From positions 4,296-68,295 of the forward strand of contig JAQGDQ010001039.1 in assembly GCA_030141605.1 (NCBI GenBank): a stretch of 64,000 bases of DNA. Direction: 5' to 3'. The stretch comes from Tubiluchus corallicola. Its lineage: Eukaryota > Animalia > Priapulida. A program made the translations under genes and the position numbers. The number at the start of each line of letters is the position of its first letter. The stretch's first letter is position 1. This document shows positions 63,913-64,000 of this stretch, in pieces. The notes under the pieces were generated by a model. That model was not told where the DNA came from, ran no database searches, and was given only the letters and a program-made list of their open reading frames with translations.

Positions 63913-64000
63913 CTAAATTCTGATTTGTGGATCAGTCTTGCCCGTTATTGAAAGGCCTCTTGCCGCCTTCAGATCGTGCATCCTTGTCTGATATTTGCAA

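Overview
AT-rich eukaryotic (invertebrate metazoan) genomic DNA, not prokaryotic; no CRISPR array or operon. The window has two different halves. (1) 1-25.5 kb is a recently duplicated cluster. It holds two intact intronless minus-strand type I membrane-protein genes (signal peptide, CUB-like N-domain, 26 or 13 EGF repeats, WAP domain, TM, acidic tail with DYESP), a frameshifted divergent paralog, a 5' fragment of that paralog and two copies of an unknown intronless plus-strand ORF. Several duplication junctions fall inside copies of one TTAA-flanked (Kolobok-like) MITE. (2) 25.5-64 kb is rich in microsatellites and transposon remnants. It contains the probable first coding exon of a voltage-gated Na+ channel alpha subunit (41508-41771) and, presumably in its first intron, a two-exon LRR protein gene with a likely GPI signal, whose intron begins with eight 55-bp repeats each built like a mini-intron plus a 21-nt micro-exon. 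Mobile elements include four copies of a 5S-rRNA-headed SINE, a Penelope-like fragment with hammerhead-ribozyme cores, LINE remnants, and hAT-, piggyBac-, Tc1/mariner- and Kolobok-type MITEs. All calls come from reading the sequence by eye; no searches were run.
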